From the NCBI GenBank assembly GCA_008632985.1, contig QPGO01000173.1, positions 1-64,000 of the forward strand: a stretch of DNA of 64,000 nucleotides, given 5' to 3'. Position numbers and translations under genes: made by a program. The notes beneath the pieces were generated by a model, which ran no database searches, was not told the origin of the DNA, and saw only the letters and a list, made by a program, of their open reading frames with translations. The stretch's first letter is position 1, and the number at the start of each line of letters is the position of its first letter. The DNA is from Psammoneis japonica. Taxonomy: Eukaryota. Positions 24,871 through 38,147 of the stretch are shown here, piece by piece.

Positions 24871-27800
24871 TGAGTTTTTTGGGGGTTGCACAAAACCCTA
24901 AAACCATTTTTTACACATGGTCAGCTCTTTTTAGATGTGTCTTCAAGCATCAACCCAATCCACCATTTGAAGCACCAAAGCCTGCCATTTTCTCCTCCTG
25001 AGTTTTTTGGGCCAAGACATCAATGTGCGCTTTGCATGCATCGGCATTTGTCTTCAATGGTCGCATCCAAGCTGCAATGGCAATGACCATTAAAAATGGC
25101 TGATCTCTTGACTTTTCAGCTCACAAGAAAAACATGCCAACCATGCTGATGAAGGTGAAAGCAAAAGCTCACATTGTCAAGCTTTGCAGGTTCAGCAAGA
25201 CTTTGACTGAGTCTTGTCAGTGCCAAAGGTGTTTGCACACTTGAAAACCTCAACAGCAGTGTGCACCCAAACAATGATGACAAGCACCAGTGCCTCCAAT
25301 CAAATCACACTGATGAGGGCCAATGAAGCTGCAGTGTCATGCACCATGACTTTCGTTGAACCCGATCCAACAACGACATGTTGACAAACTCAAACCATGC
25401 CAGGAGCTGATTGAGAAGCAGCCAGCAGGACTCAGGGGTGCATTCGAGTCCCTCACAACTCGAATGATTTTGCAATCTGCTCAGGTGCAATGGAGGGAGA
25501 AAAGTGTGCAAGCCTTTGCAGGTGAACAAGATCCTCCTTTTGTCCCACATGGCTCAAGGCTCAACATGGAACTCAAGCACAGCAACAAGCTTCAAGATGA
25601 TGCAGACACAAAAAAGCTTGTGAGCAAATTCAAAGACGTTGTGGCCAATTTCCAAGAAAAAGGTGTGAAGCTGATGCACAAAATGGCAGAATGCGAACTT
25701 GAATTTGCAAGGGCAGAAAGAATTTCTGCACTTGTCACTGCATGCATCGATCTCTTTGAACACCACATGTTCTGTTGCATTGCACATCAAAAAGGAGCAT
25801 CAAAGCATTCACACAGGCACTTGGGAGCACTCTGTCTGCTGGGGCATGCAAAGAACAAAATTGCAGACACCTTCTGTGTGACCCATCTCAGAGTCAAGCA
25901 AGATGTTGTCCCAGCTGAGATCATTTTGCAGATGCAATCAGATGTGGAGTTAACTGCTCCACCCACCAAAGACACCAACGAAACAGAGTCAAACCCACAC
26001 CGCTTCGCTGACAGCAAAACCAAGATCTGTGGCTGCATGGTCACAAGGCTTCAATGCAAGAACACTTTTGGAGAAGTCACCACACGATCACAAAATAAAA
26101 TCAACCACAAAAACAAAATTGCAAGAGCCAACGTGCAAGTCACCACCAGGTGGAACTCATGCAACAAGAAAGCAGCAGCTGAAGCTGCCACTGCCACCCT
26201 GGAAAATGAGCCATCAGCGCACCACCGGGCGCAGCCAAACAAGCTGTCAAAGCTCTTTAAAAACACAGCAGCAGTTGAAAAGGAAGCAAAAAATCTTCGC
26301 GAGCAACAGGAAAGCCCTGCCGGCCAAAAATGCCACTGCCGCAAAAACAGGAAATGGACCACCACAGAAAAAACAAAAAAAAATCAGGAGGCAAGCCTCG
26401 CACCAGAAAACAACAGAAAAAACAAGGAAACGGAAGAGGCAATCACAGCGCACAGTGCAAAGGTGGGGAAAAAGACTCCAGACATGCACCTGATTTCTGA
26501 ACTGCTGATTGAGACCACCGACCATCAAGCCAACAGCTTTTGCAAAAGGATCTGTGGGTTCATGCCAAACCCACCAAACAAAACCCCATGTGGCAAAACG
26601 CCATTGATGTGCTTGCTTGGCAATGCTGCTGCAGTGCAATGCTTCAACTGCCCAATCAATCTGGCCTTCCACAACCTTTGCACAAACCTCCAACCCCCTC
26701 CAGGCCTCATTGCTCTTCTTGGACTTGGCCACAAGTTTTGCATCAAATGGCCAAGATCACCATGTCACACAACAAAAATGGAGCTGAATGACTTTGTTGA
26801 TCAACTGGCCTTGCAGCCTCTGCCATTTCTCATCAATTCCATGGATGCCCCATCAGAAGCCACAACCACATCCCAGGCCTGTGCATCAAGTCAATGTGGG
26901 AGCCACCAAAAACAAAAGAAGGCAACTTGGAACTGCGCGCGCATGATGGACTTTGCCAACTGTGCTGAACAACTTTGCTGCCAAGCCACAGCAAAACAGC
27001 CTTGGCACAACTTGTTGCAACAACAGTGCCAGCTTTTTTGCTCTCTCAAAGAGGATGGCCAATTCATTGTTTGCTTGAGTGACAAAAATCTTAGACCCAT
27101 CATCATCAAATGGGCCACGTGCATCACTCGAGTCCTCCAAGACCATCTGCTCAACCAGAACAACTGCCAACGATTTTCACCTGCAAAAAAACCAACCTCC
27201 TGCAGGATGCAAAGCAACATCTTGTGGATGTGTGCAATGAAGCCAAGCCTCTCTTAAGCTCCACCAAGCAAAGTTGCTTCAAGCACAGCTTTGACCTGCA
27301 TCATTGCATCCCACAATTTTGCACCACAATCAAGGTCCAAAAAATTCCTTGGAAACAAGACCAATTGTCAGTTGTGTGGGCAGTTTTAACAAAATCTTCT
27401 CAAACTGGTTGGATGAAAAGATGAAGGAGCTCTTCACCCTTTCCCGCTGATGCATCTGTGATTCCCACCAAGTTCTCATGGATCTGCCAGCACTGGGAAC
27501 CTTGCCTCCAGGTGCAAAGCTCTTCACCATCAATGCCATCAGCATGCATTTGAACATTGACATGAGTCATGCCCTGGAAGTCTTCCAAGACTGGTTCAAC
27601 ACATGCCCAGACAAAATGCCAGCAGGCTTCTCAATGATTTTTCCCTCTCCACCTCAACTGTCATCATGACACGTGTCATTGTCCAGTTTGATGATGCATG
27701 CTGGCACCAAACCTGTGGAACTGCAATGGGCACCAGCACAGCATGCATGTGTGCAATGCTGCACAAAGCCCTGCATGAGCGCCAAGTGCTCAAGACATGC

Positions 27801-28988
27801 TTTGCCACCAACCTTCAGCACCATGGCTGCTTTGTTGACAACATCCTTGGTGCATGAACAGGAGACAATGAAATGACATGGACAGAATTCAAAAATGAAA
27901 TGAACAACTCTGCCCACCTTGTGCGGGAAACTTCCCCACTCTCAACCTCCAACACACATTTCTGGATCTTGAAATCCACATCGGAGCTGACAACAGAATC
28001 GTCACTCACACACACCAAAAACCAATGAATCTCTTTTTGCACATCCCATCTGCCTTGGCACATGCACTGGGAGCACTGAAGAGCATTGTGCACAGCAACC
28101 TCTGGCATTTCTGGACACAAAATTCCAATGTGGCAGACTGCATCACTGTTGCACAGAATTTTGTGAACCGTCCAGTCAAAAGAGGACACTGTCAAGCCAC
28201 CCTGTGTGAGATCTTTGTGCAAGCCATGCAGCACCTTGACAACCCCTCTCAACACCACCACTCCAATGCTGCTGCAAACCCAAGCTCTGCATTGTTTTTT
28301 CACAGTGAATTTCACCCACAAGGGAAACCCCATGTCTCCATCTGATGAGTCCATGACAAAACACTGCTGCAGGGAGTGCAACACACTGGATTTGACCACT
28401 TTGTGCTTGCCTGCTCACAACCAAAAAATTTGAGAGATGCTTCAATGCAAACTCAAATGCAGGAACCAGAAGGGAAGCATGCATCTAAATGCACAGAGCA
28501 CTCAGATCCGGAGCTCTGAGTTGGTGACTCCATCACAATGACACACCTCCAGCAAAAAACTCAAATGGGCCACCTTCCTTGCTTTCAGCACTTCGGCTTG
28601 CACCCATTTGAGTTTTTTGGGGGTTGCACAAAACCCCAAAACCATTTTTTACATGCAGCCAGCTCTTTTTAGATGTGTTTTTGAGTGTCAACCCAATCCA
28701 CCATTGGAAGCACCAAAGCCCACCATTTTCTCCTCCAGAGTTTTTGGGCCAAGACATCAATGCGTGCGCTTTGTGTGCATTGGCATTTTTCAATGGTCAC
28801 ATCCAAGCTGCAATGGCAACGACCATCAAAAATGGCCAATCTCAACATTTTTGGCTCACAAGAAAAACATGCCAACCACACTGATGAAGCAAAAGCTCAC
28901 ATTGTTAAGCTTTGCAGCTTTGGCAAGACTTTGTCAGAGCCTTGTCAGTGCCAAAGGCATTTGCACACTCAAAAACCTTGGCAGCGGT
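24871..28988 (+). mobile_element. Degenerate Penelope-like retroelement: pseudo-LTR B (24871-25260), broken RT ORF (~25270-28520), pseudo-LTR B' (28609-28988)
   Basis: PLE/TERT-like RT motifs: SDKNL.P, KLFTINAISMHLNID (cf. LFTxDxxSMYTNI), W.Q..GTAMGT..ACMCA.LH, CFVDNI (cf. RY/FIDDI), PMNLFLHIP...AH..G.LKS, ACSQPKNLRD; ~390-bp direct terminal repeats. Confidence 0.8.
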
Positions 28989-31900
28989 TGCGGCTCATTG
29001 TGGACAGTGCAGGGGCAATGGGTGTTGGCTCCACCATGTGTCAACTGTGATGCAACAAAGGAGCAGTTGATCAGCTGTCATGTGTGGGATTCTCACCACA
29101 TCTGTGATGGGGAAGAACAAGATGACATCACAAGCAAGAAATGAAAGCAAAAGTGATGCAGTGACAAAATGAATGACAGGGACAAGATTGTGTTGGAGAG
29201 CTGCTGCAAGAATGCAGTGTTCAGACAGCACAAGTTTCTAAATGACAAGGCCCTCAACAATCACACAATGGAAGGGTTGGAAGGACCATGCTGCCAGAGC
29301 TCAGCATGCCCCAAGAAAAGGGAGCATGATTTTGGGGCACATCAAAGGATGAGGTGCAAAGGCAAACAACAAGAAAGAAGAACAGTGTCAGTGATGAGCT
29401 GAACAAAAGTTTTTCCTGAGCAGCACAAACAAACAGAGTGTGCCATGAACAGGGAACTGGAAAAGAGCTGACACACATGCATGCACAGGGCACACAGATC
29501 ATGAAAAGAAGAAACCACAAGTGCACAAAACAATGCCCAGATGCCATCTCTGGAAGACATGCCAGAGGGGCGGAACAACATGATGGCCCAAAGCTGTTTC
29601 ACCATCATGCAAATCCTGCCACTCATGGTCAGAAAGACGATGTGGAAGCATTGGCTCAAGAGTTGAGACATTGCTTGAACAAGTTGGCATCTGCAAGTGA
29701 CAAGGCATTTGGTCTGCCAGTGTTGGAGAACAGCTGGAACAAGTGGGCACGCATGCACGGCAGCAAAACAAAGGAAGAGTTGAAGGAATTAAAAAGGAAA
29801 GGAGGAGGAACAGACCATGGAAACATTGATGGAGCACTCACAAAACTTGCAACAGCATCAGAAATGTTCATGCAGTGACACAAAAAGAAGCCAAGTCATG
29901 GACCTGCATTTGTCAATGCAGCACACTGGCATGGATGCCCACATCAAATGTGGTGGTGGAACCCAAGCTGCAATGAACCCAAAACCTGTGTGGAAAACAA
30001 AGGAGGGGCTTGCATTGCTCCATTTGGCCCAACCTGCAAATTGCCAACCCCTCAGATGCAGGCCACACAAAGTGCCGCAGCTGTGATGATTTCCTTGTTT
30101 TCACTGTCGCAAGGTGGAAATTTGACACTCTGCTGTGGGCTCATTTTCATCATTTGCACTGGTTGTTGTGCTGGGCATTTGCTTCTGTGCTTCTTTGTCA
30201 GAATGTGAGGTGTGGTGTGGTCTAGTCTCAGACAATGATGGTCTCTTAGACATGTGGTGCCATGCTGCATGGTGGGAAAGCCACCTGCACACATCTCACC
30301 TGGAGCTGGAACAAGCCCAGCAGTCAGAAAAACAAGTGGGCAACTGCAACTTTGTTGAGGCCTGACAGGTGGCCAGCGCTGTTTGCAGCCATCTCAGTCC
30401 ATGCAGGAGTGACTCCACTTGTTGGTGCATGAAGCTTCTTCATTGAGCCAGTCCAAAAGTTGACCACAAGGTTTTGCCCCCCCCCCCCCACTGTTTTTAC
30501 ACAGCGTGCTCTGCGGCACAAGTTCTTCTGCAGTTTTTGCACCAAAAGGTGAGACAAGCAGTGGATCTGAGATTTGCTGTTGGACTTGCTTGAATTGGGC
30601 CAGCTGGATTTCAACTGCGCAACACCCACTGTGCCAGACAATCAACAGCCAATGACTTTGCACAACAGCAGTCTGTGCAGCACCTGGGGTGACTGACAGC
30701 ACTTCTCAGCCATGCACCATTGTGCCAGAAAATTCTTTTTCCTGCTTTGGTGGTGCCAGTCTGGAGCACCTCTTCAAGGAAGAGCTCCGCAACCTGCTGA
30801 CTGAAAGTCTGCAAAGGAGGCAACCAGGTTGACAGGCATGGTTGTCAAGTTCTTGACTGGCTGGTTTCTTTTTGTGCACAAGTTGCAGCAGTGGTGAGCA
30901 GCTGTTCTTTTTTCAACTTTGATTTCTCAACTTAGCAGCTGCCTGCAAAAGCAGCACCAATCAACAAGAATGTGAAATGGAGGTGACAAGTGTTGAGAAG
31001 TGAGCAACAAAAAACTCTGCACCTCTTGCAAAGTCAACATGCAAGGTGGCCAAGCCAGATCTGCAAAATGTGTCACTGGCCACACAGGTTGGTTCAGATG
31101 CAGCTAATTCAGTGTTTTTGTTTGTGTGTTGGTTGCTTTTGACTGGGGGAAACAATGGGGTGAAGCAAGTGGCCCAACACAACAAGGGTGCAATAACTTT
31201 GGGCCACTTGAAAACTTGAAAATTGTGGCAATCACCCTCAAGCCAGCCTGCCACACTGGTGTAAAAAAAGGGTGGTGCCTGCACATCAGAGGGGGGTTCC
31301 ATGCAGGTTTTTGCACCAATCAGCTGGGTTTCCCTTCCTCAAATGCAGGGTGACCCACATTTGACACAATGAATCTGCATTTTTTCCATGCAACCCTGCT
31401 TGATTTCCACAGTGCCTGCAGGAATCACAATCCTGCAGGATGGCAAAAACTTCAGTTGAATCTTCCTGGATTTAATTTGTGTTCTTCTGCAGAGGAAACA
31501 GCAGACACATTTTTCTGAGTTCTTCAAGTGGACATCCCCCCACATGTTCTTGGCACAGGATGTGCTGCACAAACCACAAGCTGGTGTCCATGGGTGATGC
31601 TTTCTCTTTCTTCTTTGTTTGTGCCATTTGCTGCCTCTGTTTTTCCCGTGGCAATGCCGTTGTTCAATGACAGCAAAAATTTCAACCTGCAGCTCCAACA
31701 ACGTCAATGTCCCACTCAACGCGCAAGTTTGTTTGTTCCCAAAATTTTGTTTTGTTCAGTTGGAAAGGGAAACGGAACTTTCTTGTTTGCAACCTTTCCC
31801 TTTTGGTGCCATCGTTGTTTCATTTTGTGGATGTGGAGCAACACTTCTCCACACACCCATTTGTTGTTTTCAATGCATTGTGGGTTGCTGTTTTTGTCTC

Positions 31901-34812
31901 CTTCTGGCAGCTCAAAGGCACACAGGGGATGCCGCCGCCACTCTCATCTGTTGAAAAAGCAGCATCAGAATGCAGTCAAGAGCAGAAAAGGGAAGTCATC
32001 ATGTTGAGATCTGTCTTTGTGTTTTTGTGATTCTGCAGTGCCACTTCACGGGTGGGGCTGGTGCATTGGAGATGTCTGTCATGCTGCCAGGGTCCATCCC
32101 GTGGCCCCAGTGCTTGCAAGGGGTGCAGCCAGTTGTCCTGTGCTTTTTGACGGCTTGCCTGACATTGCTGTCAGGGTTCATCATCCCGTGCCCTCCAATT
32201 CCATGGGGGGTGCAGTGATGTCAGTGGATGCACCCTTCAACAAACATGTTGGGGTGCACCCATGCTCCTCCTCACTTTGGGGGTGCAGCCACTGGATCCA
32301 ACTTTTTGGGGTTCTTGCAAGCTGGAAAGCATGCTGTCAGGGTTCATCCCATGACTCCCACCTTTGATGGGGGTGCACCACAGCTCTTCAAGGATTTAAT
32401 TTTGTTTGCATGGATGATCGTCTTGATGCATCATCCCACACTTTTGGAGATGGCATCAACAATGTCAGTGGCTTTGTTTCTGCAGACCACTTTGCCAGCC
32501 CTCCCATGGTCCATCCATCCCACACCCCCCCTCTTTCTTGTGGATGGAACCTCTCTGTGAACCTCACCCAAGAACTTTCCCCTGCAAGAATCCCACTGAG
32601 TCCCTCTGCATGTCTTCATCTTCCACTGCTGAGGCCAGGAGAAAAATGGGCGGCAATCAGGTCAGAGACAACATGGGTGGTGGATGAAACAACGACAACA
32701 TTGCACAACAGTTGTTCTGAAATTGACCAAATCTCATGCAGTTGTCAGTGCACAAAAGTGGACACTGGTGCACCAGGGAAAGCCATTGTTTTCACTGGTG
32801 CAGTGCAGTCTTTTTGGCAGAGACCACCACAATGAATTCATGGTGTGATGGTGGGGCAGATGGCTTGAAAGAACAGAGTGTGCACACGCACAATGGATGT
32901 GTGACACCAACAGACAATCAGGCAAAGTCACAAAATCTTTGGACTCTTTGGACCAATGAGAACTCACATCAGAAATTTGAACAAAAAGGGCACAATGCAT
33001 GAGTGCATTGGAGTGGGCACCAGTTGGCCCGGCACGTTTGCAGACAATCTCAGAACTGGCACTTCATTTGCAACTCAGATCTGGTCAGTTGGTTTTCAAC
33101 TGGTGCATGATGTCCAGCTGTGGCTGCTGGAGACCTGCCATGTTGAAAATGTGGGCAGCTGGATGATGGCCTTGCTGTCATCCATGCACTGCCTCTGCTC
33201 CAGGGCCCTGCTCAGAAGGGGTGACTGACAGGCTCCTTGACCACCCATCAAGGCAAAAAAATGTTTTTCCCATTTTGTTGCCAGTCTGGAGCATTTTTTC
33301 AATGAGCTCTGCACCCTGCCGGCCAAAATTGTGAGCTGGAGGGCACCAAGTTCAGCTGGTGCAACTGTTGAGCTCTTGACTGGTTGTTTCATTTTTGCAC
33401 AAGTTGCCACAGTCCTGTGAGTTTTTTTTCAACTTCTTTCAACGCTTTGCAGCTGTGAAAGCAGTGCCAACAAACAAAAATGTGAAGTGGAGGCAAGCAG
33501 AGGCAAGAACATGTGGTGTCAAGAAGGAAGTGGCAAAACATTGTGTGCTTCTTGCAGAAATTGACTTGTTGCACTCAAGCAATTTTTCTGTCTTGTTGCG
33601 TGACACAATGTCTGTGCAGAAGGCAGCCAAACCAGATCTGGTGCACACTGACATGTCATGCAGGGCTCATGTGTGCATCAGCATGGTGTGGTCTGACCCG
33701 GGCTCTGCACCCACCTCCCTGCCAGGGACACAAGTGTCCAGCTGCTCCTCAAGCCCCACACAAGCATTTGCAGGTGCGCAGCCCAGCGCGCACAATCAGG
33801 CAGCAGGTGACAACAAAGAAGTGGCACTTGTTGCACGTGTGCTGAGCACTGCGCAAGCAGGAGGAAGGGAGAGCATGTGCATCAGAAGATGCTGCATCTT
33901 GCATGCAAACATGAAGTGTTGGCCAGTTGCACGGGGACTGCTGCTGGGCCAAATGTTGCTCCAAGAGCTTGTGAGCGAAGTGCAGCCAAACAAGTGTGTG
34001 TGGCTGCTGCCACTCAATTTGCGCTGCTTGAGACACCCCATCTGACTGGATGATTGCGTCCCATCCCCCACTTCTTGCTTTGCATCAACTTTGTACAAAA
34101 ATGCCACAGGTTTGCCAACGCTGCTGAGAAGCTCCTCTCTTTTTCTTCTCAAACATGTGAAAAGTTTTTCAACATGTGGCTGTTTTGCTTTCCACCACCT
34201 TGGCTTCTTCCTCGACTCCATCATCAACCTCATGCGATTTGCGTGCCAAATGAGATCCACAAAAAAGTGCAATCAACAAAAGAGAGTCAAGTGGCAGCTT
34301 TCTCACAAAACAACGAGCAGTTGCTGTCGTTCTGTTGTTGGCGCCCTTGCTGCCGGCGTGCGGGAATGGACACCGAGCACAACTGGACACTGAAAAAGGT
34401 CATTTTTGGCGTTTGACCTCCGTGCAAGTCATCCGAGAGCACGCGCCGAAAACAACTTACAAAACCACGCGAAAAAAAAAAAAAAGAACAATCTCGGATC
34501 GACGCAAAAGCTGCTCTCATTGCTGCAACAAACAACATGACTGAAACAGATGGTGATGCTGCCATCAGATGGTCTGCCAAAGACAAATCACTTGAAACTC
34601 AGCTTTGTAATGCCGACATCGCACAAGCCACCCGTCAACAGCAAGTCATTTTGAGAGATGCTGGGCAAATTCTCGACGACAGAAACAGCACTGCACGTGA
34701 CTTGAAAAAAGGCCAGCAACTGTCTGAAAGTTGTCAGTGAAACACTCTCTGTTGTTCAACAAGCTGCTGTTGAATCAAATGCAATGGTTGCAAAAGAATC
34801 CATTGAAGGCTC

Positions 34813-37800
34813 GTGGCTTCGGAGAAAGTTGCCCAATCACATGCTTTGCACACCGCCAATCTTGAGCCAACGTCTCTGCCAAGTCCCAACAACATGGAAG
34901 ACAAAGAAAACATCCCACCACCAGCAGCTTCCAGAAAGGCCAATGAGCTCATTGAGCTGGAGCGACTTGCCTTGCGCATCAAGACGCCACCCACTGGTGA
35001 TCGCAAACTCTCGAAAAAACGAAAAGGGGACACGAAAAATTCAAATGAGTCAACTCAAAAGAAGAAGACAAATGCTGCAGCATTCATGCACCCCGAACCA
35101 AAAGATCAGCTTGAGCACACCAAACAAGAAGTTTGTGACATGACTCAAGGAAGGAACGCAAAAGAGCGAGCGGGAGTTGTCAATGACATGATGCAGAAGA
35201 AACGTGCGCCACATGTCAGTGACAAGAGTGTGTGCAAGGTGCTGCGAAAAATTCGAGAAGGGAAACCAATCAATGAGGCGTGGGGAGCAAGGGGTCGCAC
35301 TCCAATCATGACTGAGAACGAACTCGTCGAGGCAACTGGAAACGTGGTTGAGAGCAAAGGACAAACAGTCGGGTTAGAGGACATCAAGAAAATGTTAAAT
35401 GGGAAGAAGCAGGATGACATGAACCATCAAGGCCTTGCAGCAGACAATGAGTGCACAGTTCACCGAACAACGGCCAGTCGACACAGGACTCTTGCTGTGG
35501 CAACGAATCCCAAAACATCCATTGCCGACAGTGTCACACAGAAGACCGAAGCCCAACGCACAGCTGAGCAATCATTGATTGGAGCCATGTCACTGGCTCT
35601 CGTCATTGGACAAACTCACTTTGCTGTCGGACACGACAGACATTTTCGAAACGCCACATTCCCAAAGCTTGGAGAGGGTTCAAAGCTCTTTCTTCAACTT
35701 GTTGAGAAGGCATGGGGAGTTGAGGTGCACCCTGTTAAACCCATGCACATCATGGGATTGGATGACACAACGATGCACGTGTTTGCGGGAACAAAAAACA
35801 ACAAACGTGAGTGGCGTTTGGTCTCTGCGTCTTCGAACTGTGATGCCGGTACTCACGCAAAATGCAAGAGTGGGGAAGACAAGTCAATGCGAGGCATGCA
35901 AGCAAAAGACACGCACTGCTTTTCCGCGTGTGGGCAGATGGCACCCACAATGGTTGGCTTCTTGAAACTCACAGATCGAGAGCTTCCCAAAGGTCACTCA
36001 TCAGATGAGTGCAACAATGCGGATGGCACATGTCTGATTCAGGTCCGAGGTCTGTGTGCTGGTGGAGACACAAACCTCAATGCGGGACGCGGCTGCGTCC
36101 TGTTCATGCGTGACAATGTCACCGACCGAGAGTCCGAACGAATGGTCATCTACCGAAGGCACATTTTCCAACCATTTCTTGAGGCTCAAAGAGAAATCAG
36201 CAATGAATGGGCACAGGGACAAGCCGTTCCTGAAACTCTGCGATCTCTTCTGTGGTTCGACGGCGACGCGGGTCAAATGAAGGCGCACACGAATGATCCT
36301 GAAATTGAGAATCTCGATTTGCAACAGAAGCTTGCCAAGAACAAAAGCAACCCTTCTCGCACTGGATCTGAAGCGGGTTGTGATCTCAGCAAGGTTTTTC
36401 CCACAGCCAAGTCACTGCAACCTTTGCTGACGGCAGAGGCATTCGACCCAACTGTCCACCCCAACAAGGCGGAAATCTTGCGGTGTCTCGAAGAAAGCCC
36501 AGTCACTCTCGGGCGNNNNNNNNNNNNNNNNNNNNNNNNNNNNNNNNNNNNNNNNNNNNNNNNNNNNNNNNNNNNNNNNNNNNNNNNNNNNNNNNNNNNN
36601 NNNNNNNNNNNNNNNNNNNNNNNNNNNNNNNNNNNNNNNNNNNNNNNNNNNNNNNNNNNNNNNNNNNNNNNNNNNNNNNNNNNNNNNNNNNNNNNNNNNN
36701 NNNNNNNNNNNNNNNNNNNNNNNNNNNNNNNNNNNNNNNNNNNNNNNNNNNNNNNNNNNNNNNNNNNNNNNNNNNNNNNNNNNNNNNNNNNNNNNNNNNN
36801 NNNNNNNNNNNNNNNNNNNNNNNNNNNNNNNNNNNNNNNNNNNNNNNNNNNNNNNNNNNNNNNNNNNNNNNNNNNNNNNNNNNNNNNNNNNNNNNNNNNN
36901 NNNNNNNNNNNNNNNNNNNNNNNNNNNNNNNNNNNNNNNNNNNNNNNNNNNNNNNNNNNNNNNNNNNNNNNNNNNNNNNNNNNNNNNNNNNNNNNNNNNN
37001 NNNNNNNNNNNNNNNTGTCACGCGTCCGAGGGCGAAACGGCGAAGGGCTTGCGAATGCGAGTCTTGACGACTTCAATGCCATGACGGCTCCAAGGCTGCA
37101 GGCATTTGTCCATGTGCGAAAATGGGAGATGGCTAAAAAGACCTGCTCCTTCAAGTTCCCTGACAAGGGGAAGCTCGAAGATGCGAAGACAGGGGAAGAA
37201 AACCTGACAAGAGTTGCTTGGTCGTTGCGTGACCGCGACGTGACACACAAAAGACAGGAGGCTCCGCTCGAAAGCGAAGATGCGCCAAGTGCTCCAGTCG
37301 AAAACTCACCTGAAGCTACACATGTTTTGAAGAATGTGAAATGGCGTGAACTGGTTGCAAATCATGTTGCAGCAGCTGAAGACATCGTCATTGCTGATGA
37401 CAACATGATGCAACGGAGCAACCAACTGGTCGGTTTGTTGTCGTCGCGTCTTGAACGTTACAAGCGCAATCGTTTGAACAATTGCAATGGATGTCGTCAC
37501 CACGTGGTCTGGCAATGGTTTCACAACAACTTAGTCCGGATGGCTTCCATCATGATCCATCCAAGCACGTCATCGACGATCTAGACTGTGCTGACGACGA
37601 CACTGCCCTCCTCAACCTGGACACCATGCCTGTTGTAGACGAAAGCAACAAACATCAGGAGGGTGTGCATGTTCATAGAGACAAGAATCGAGGAAAACGT
37701 GCCGTTTGTGCTGGGAAAGTTTCCGGTGTGACGCGAAACTTCGGAGTTCGGAACAACGATCACGAGAAGGGTGCGTTGCTGCGCACTGTGTCGCACCAGG

Positions 37801-38147
37801 GGAACAAGTTCTGCTCGTCACACCCTAGCAAGCAAGCCCCAAAAGAGTTGACAGCAGGGCGCAAAGGGTGTTTTGAGAATCTAGAGCAAGTTGTTGCATT
37901 TGGTTTTGACAGGGAAAAACCAGGAACGGTTGAAGCACTTGCCAAAGAAGGCGACGATGGCATTTTCATCTGGTCTCCAGAAATCTTGACACATCTTCAG
38001 AATTCCAATGCTTTGGAGTCACTAACTGAAAAAAAGATTTCAATGGTTTGCCATCTTGCAGAAGCTGCCAATGATCTCGCAATGGCGGAGAGCGACAATG
38101 TGTCAGAAAGTGCAGGTTTCGAGTCGTTTGGACTTCTCAATGCGTGA
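34813..38147 (+). mobile_element. Degenerate pogo/Tigger-like (DDE_1) transposase ORF with long C-terminal extension; spans the gap; frameshift near 37560
   Basis: GR.P.MT.E HTH-like start; MGLDDTT (cf. NxDET), THCFSACGQMAP (cf. TvxxCxxAxGxxLP), LLWFDGD (cf. LLILDG), NPSRTGSEAGCDLSKVF (cf. PxxTxxxQPxDxxxF). Confidence 0.55.
36516..37015. other. Assembly gap (500 N)
   Basis: Run of N. Confidence 1.

Noticed and set aside
25146..25190. CTGATGA..GAAA in the PLE pseudo-LTR (also at 28881), where hammerheads are expected
   Set aside because: I could not build stems I and III by eye, and the two copies disagree. An Infernal search on a de-mutated consensus is needed.
28342..28362. ctgatgagtccatgacaaaac, resembling a hammerhead ribozyme core
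   Set aside because: It lies in the RT C-terminal frame and is explained as mutated codons (cga cga gtc tat gac, RRVYD). No stems I/III are evident.
23000..34500. Dozens of overlapping Cys/His-rich ORFs suggesting metal-binding proteins or an alternative genetic code
   Set aside because: Artefact of TA loss (few TAA/TAG stops) and TG/CA excess. Flanking genes use the standard code.
36273..37250. ORFs with long X runs
   Set aside because: Read-through of the 500-N gap.
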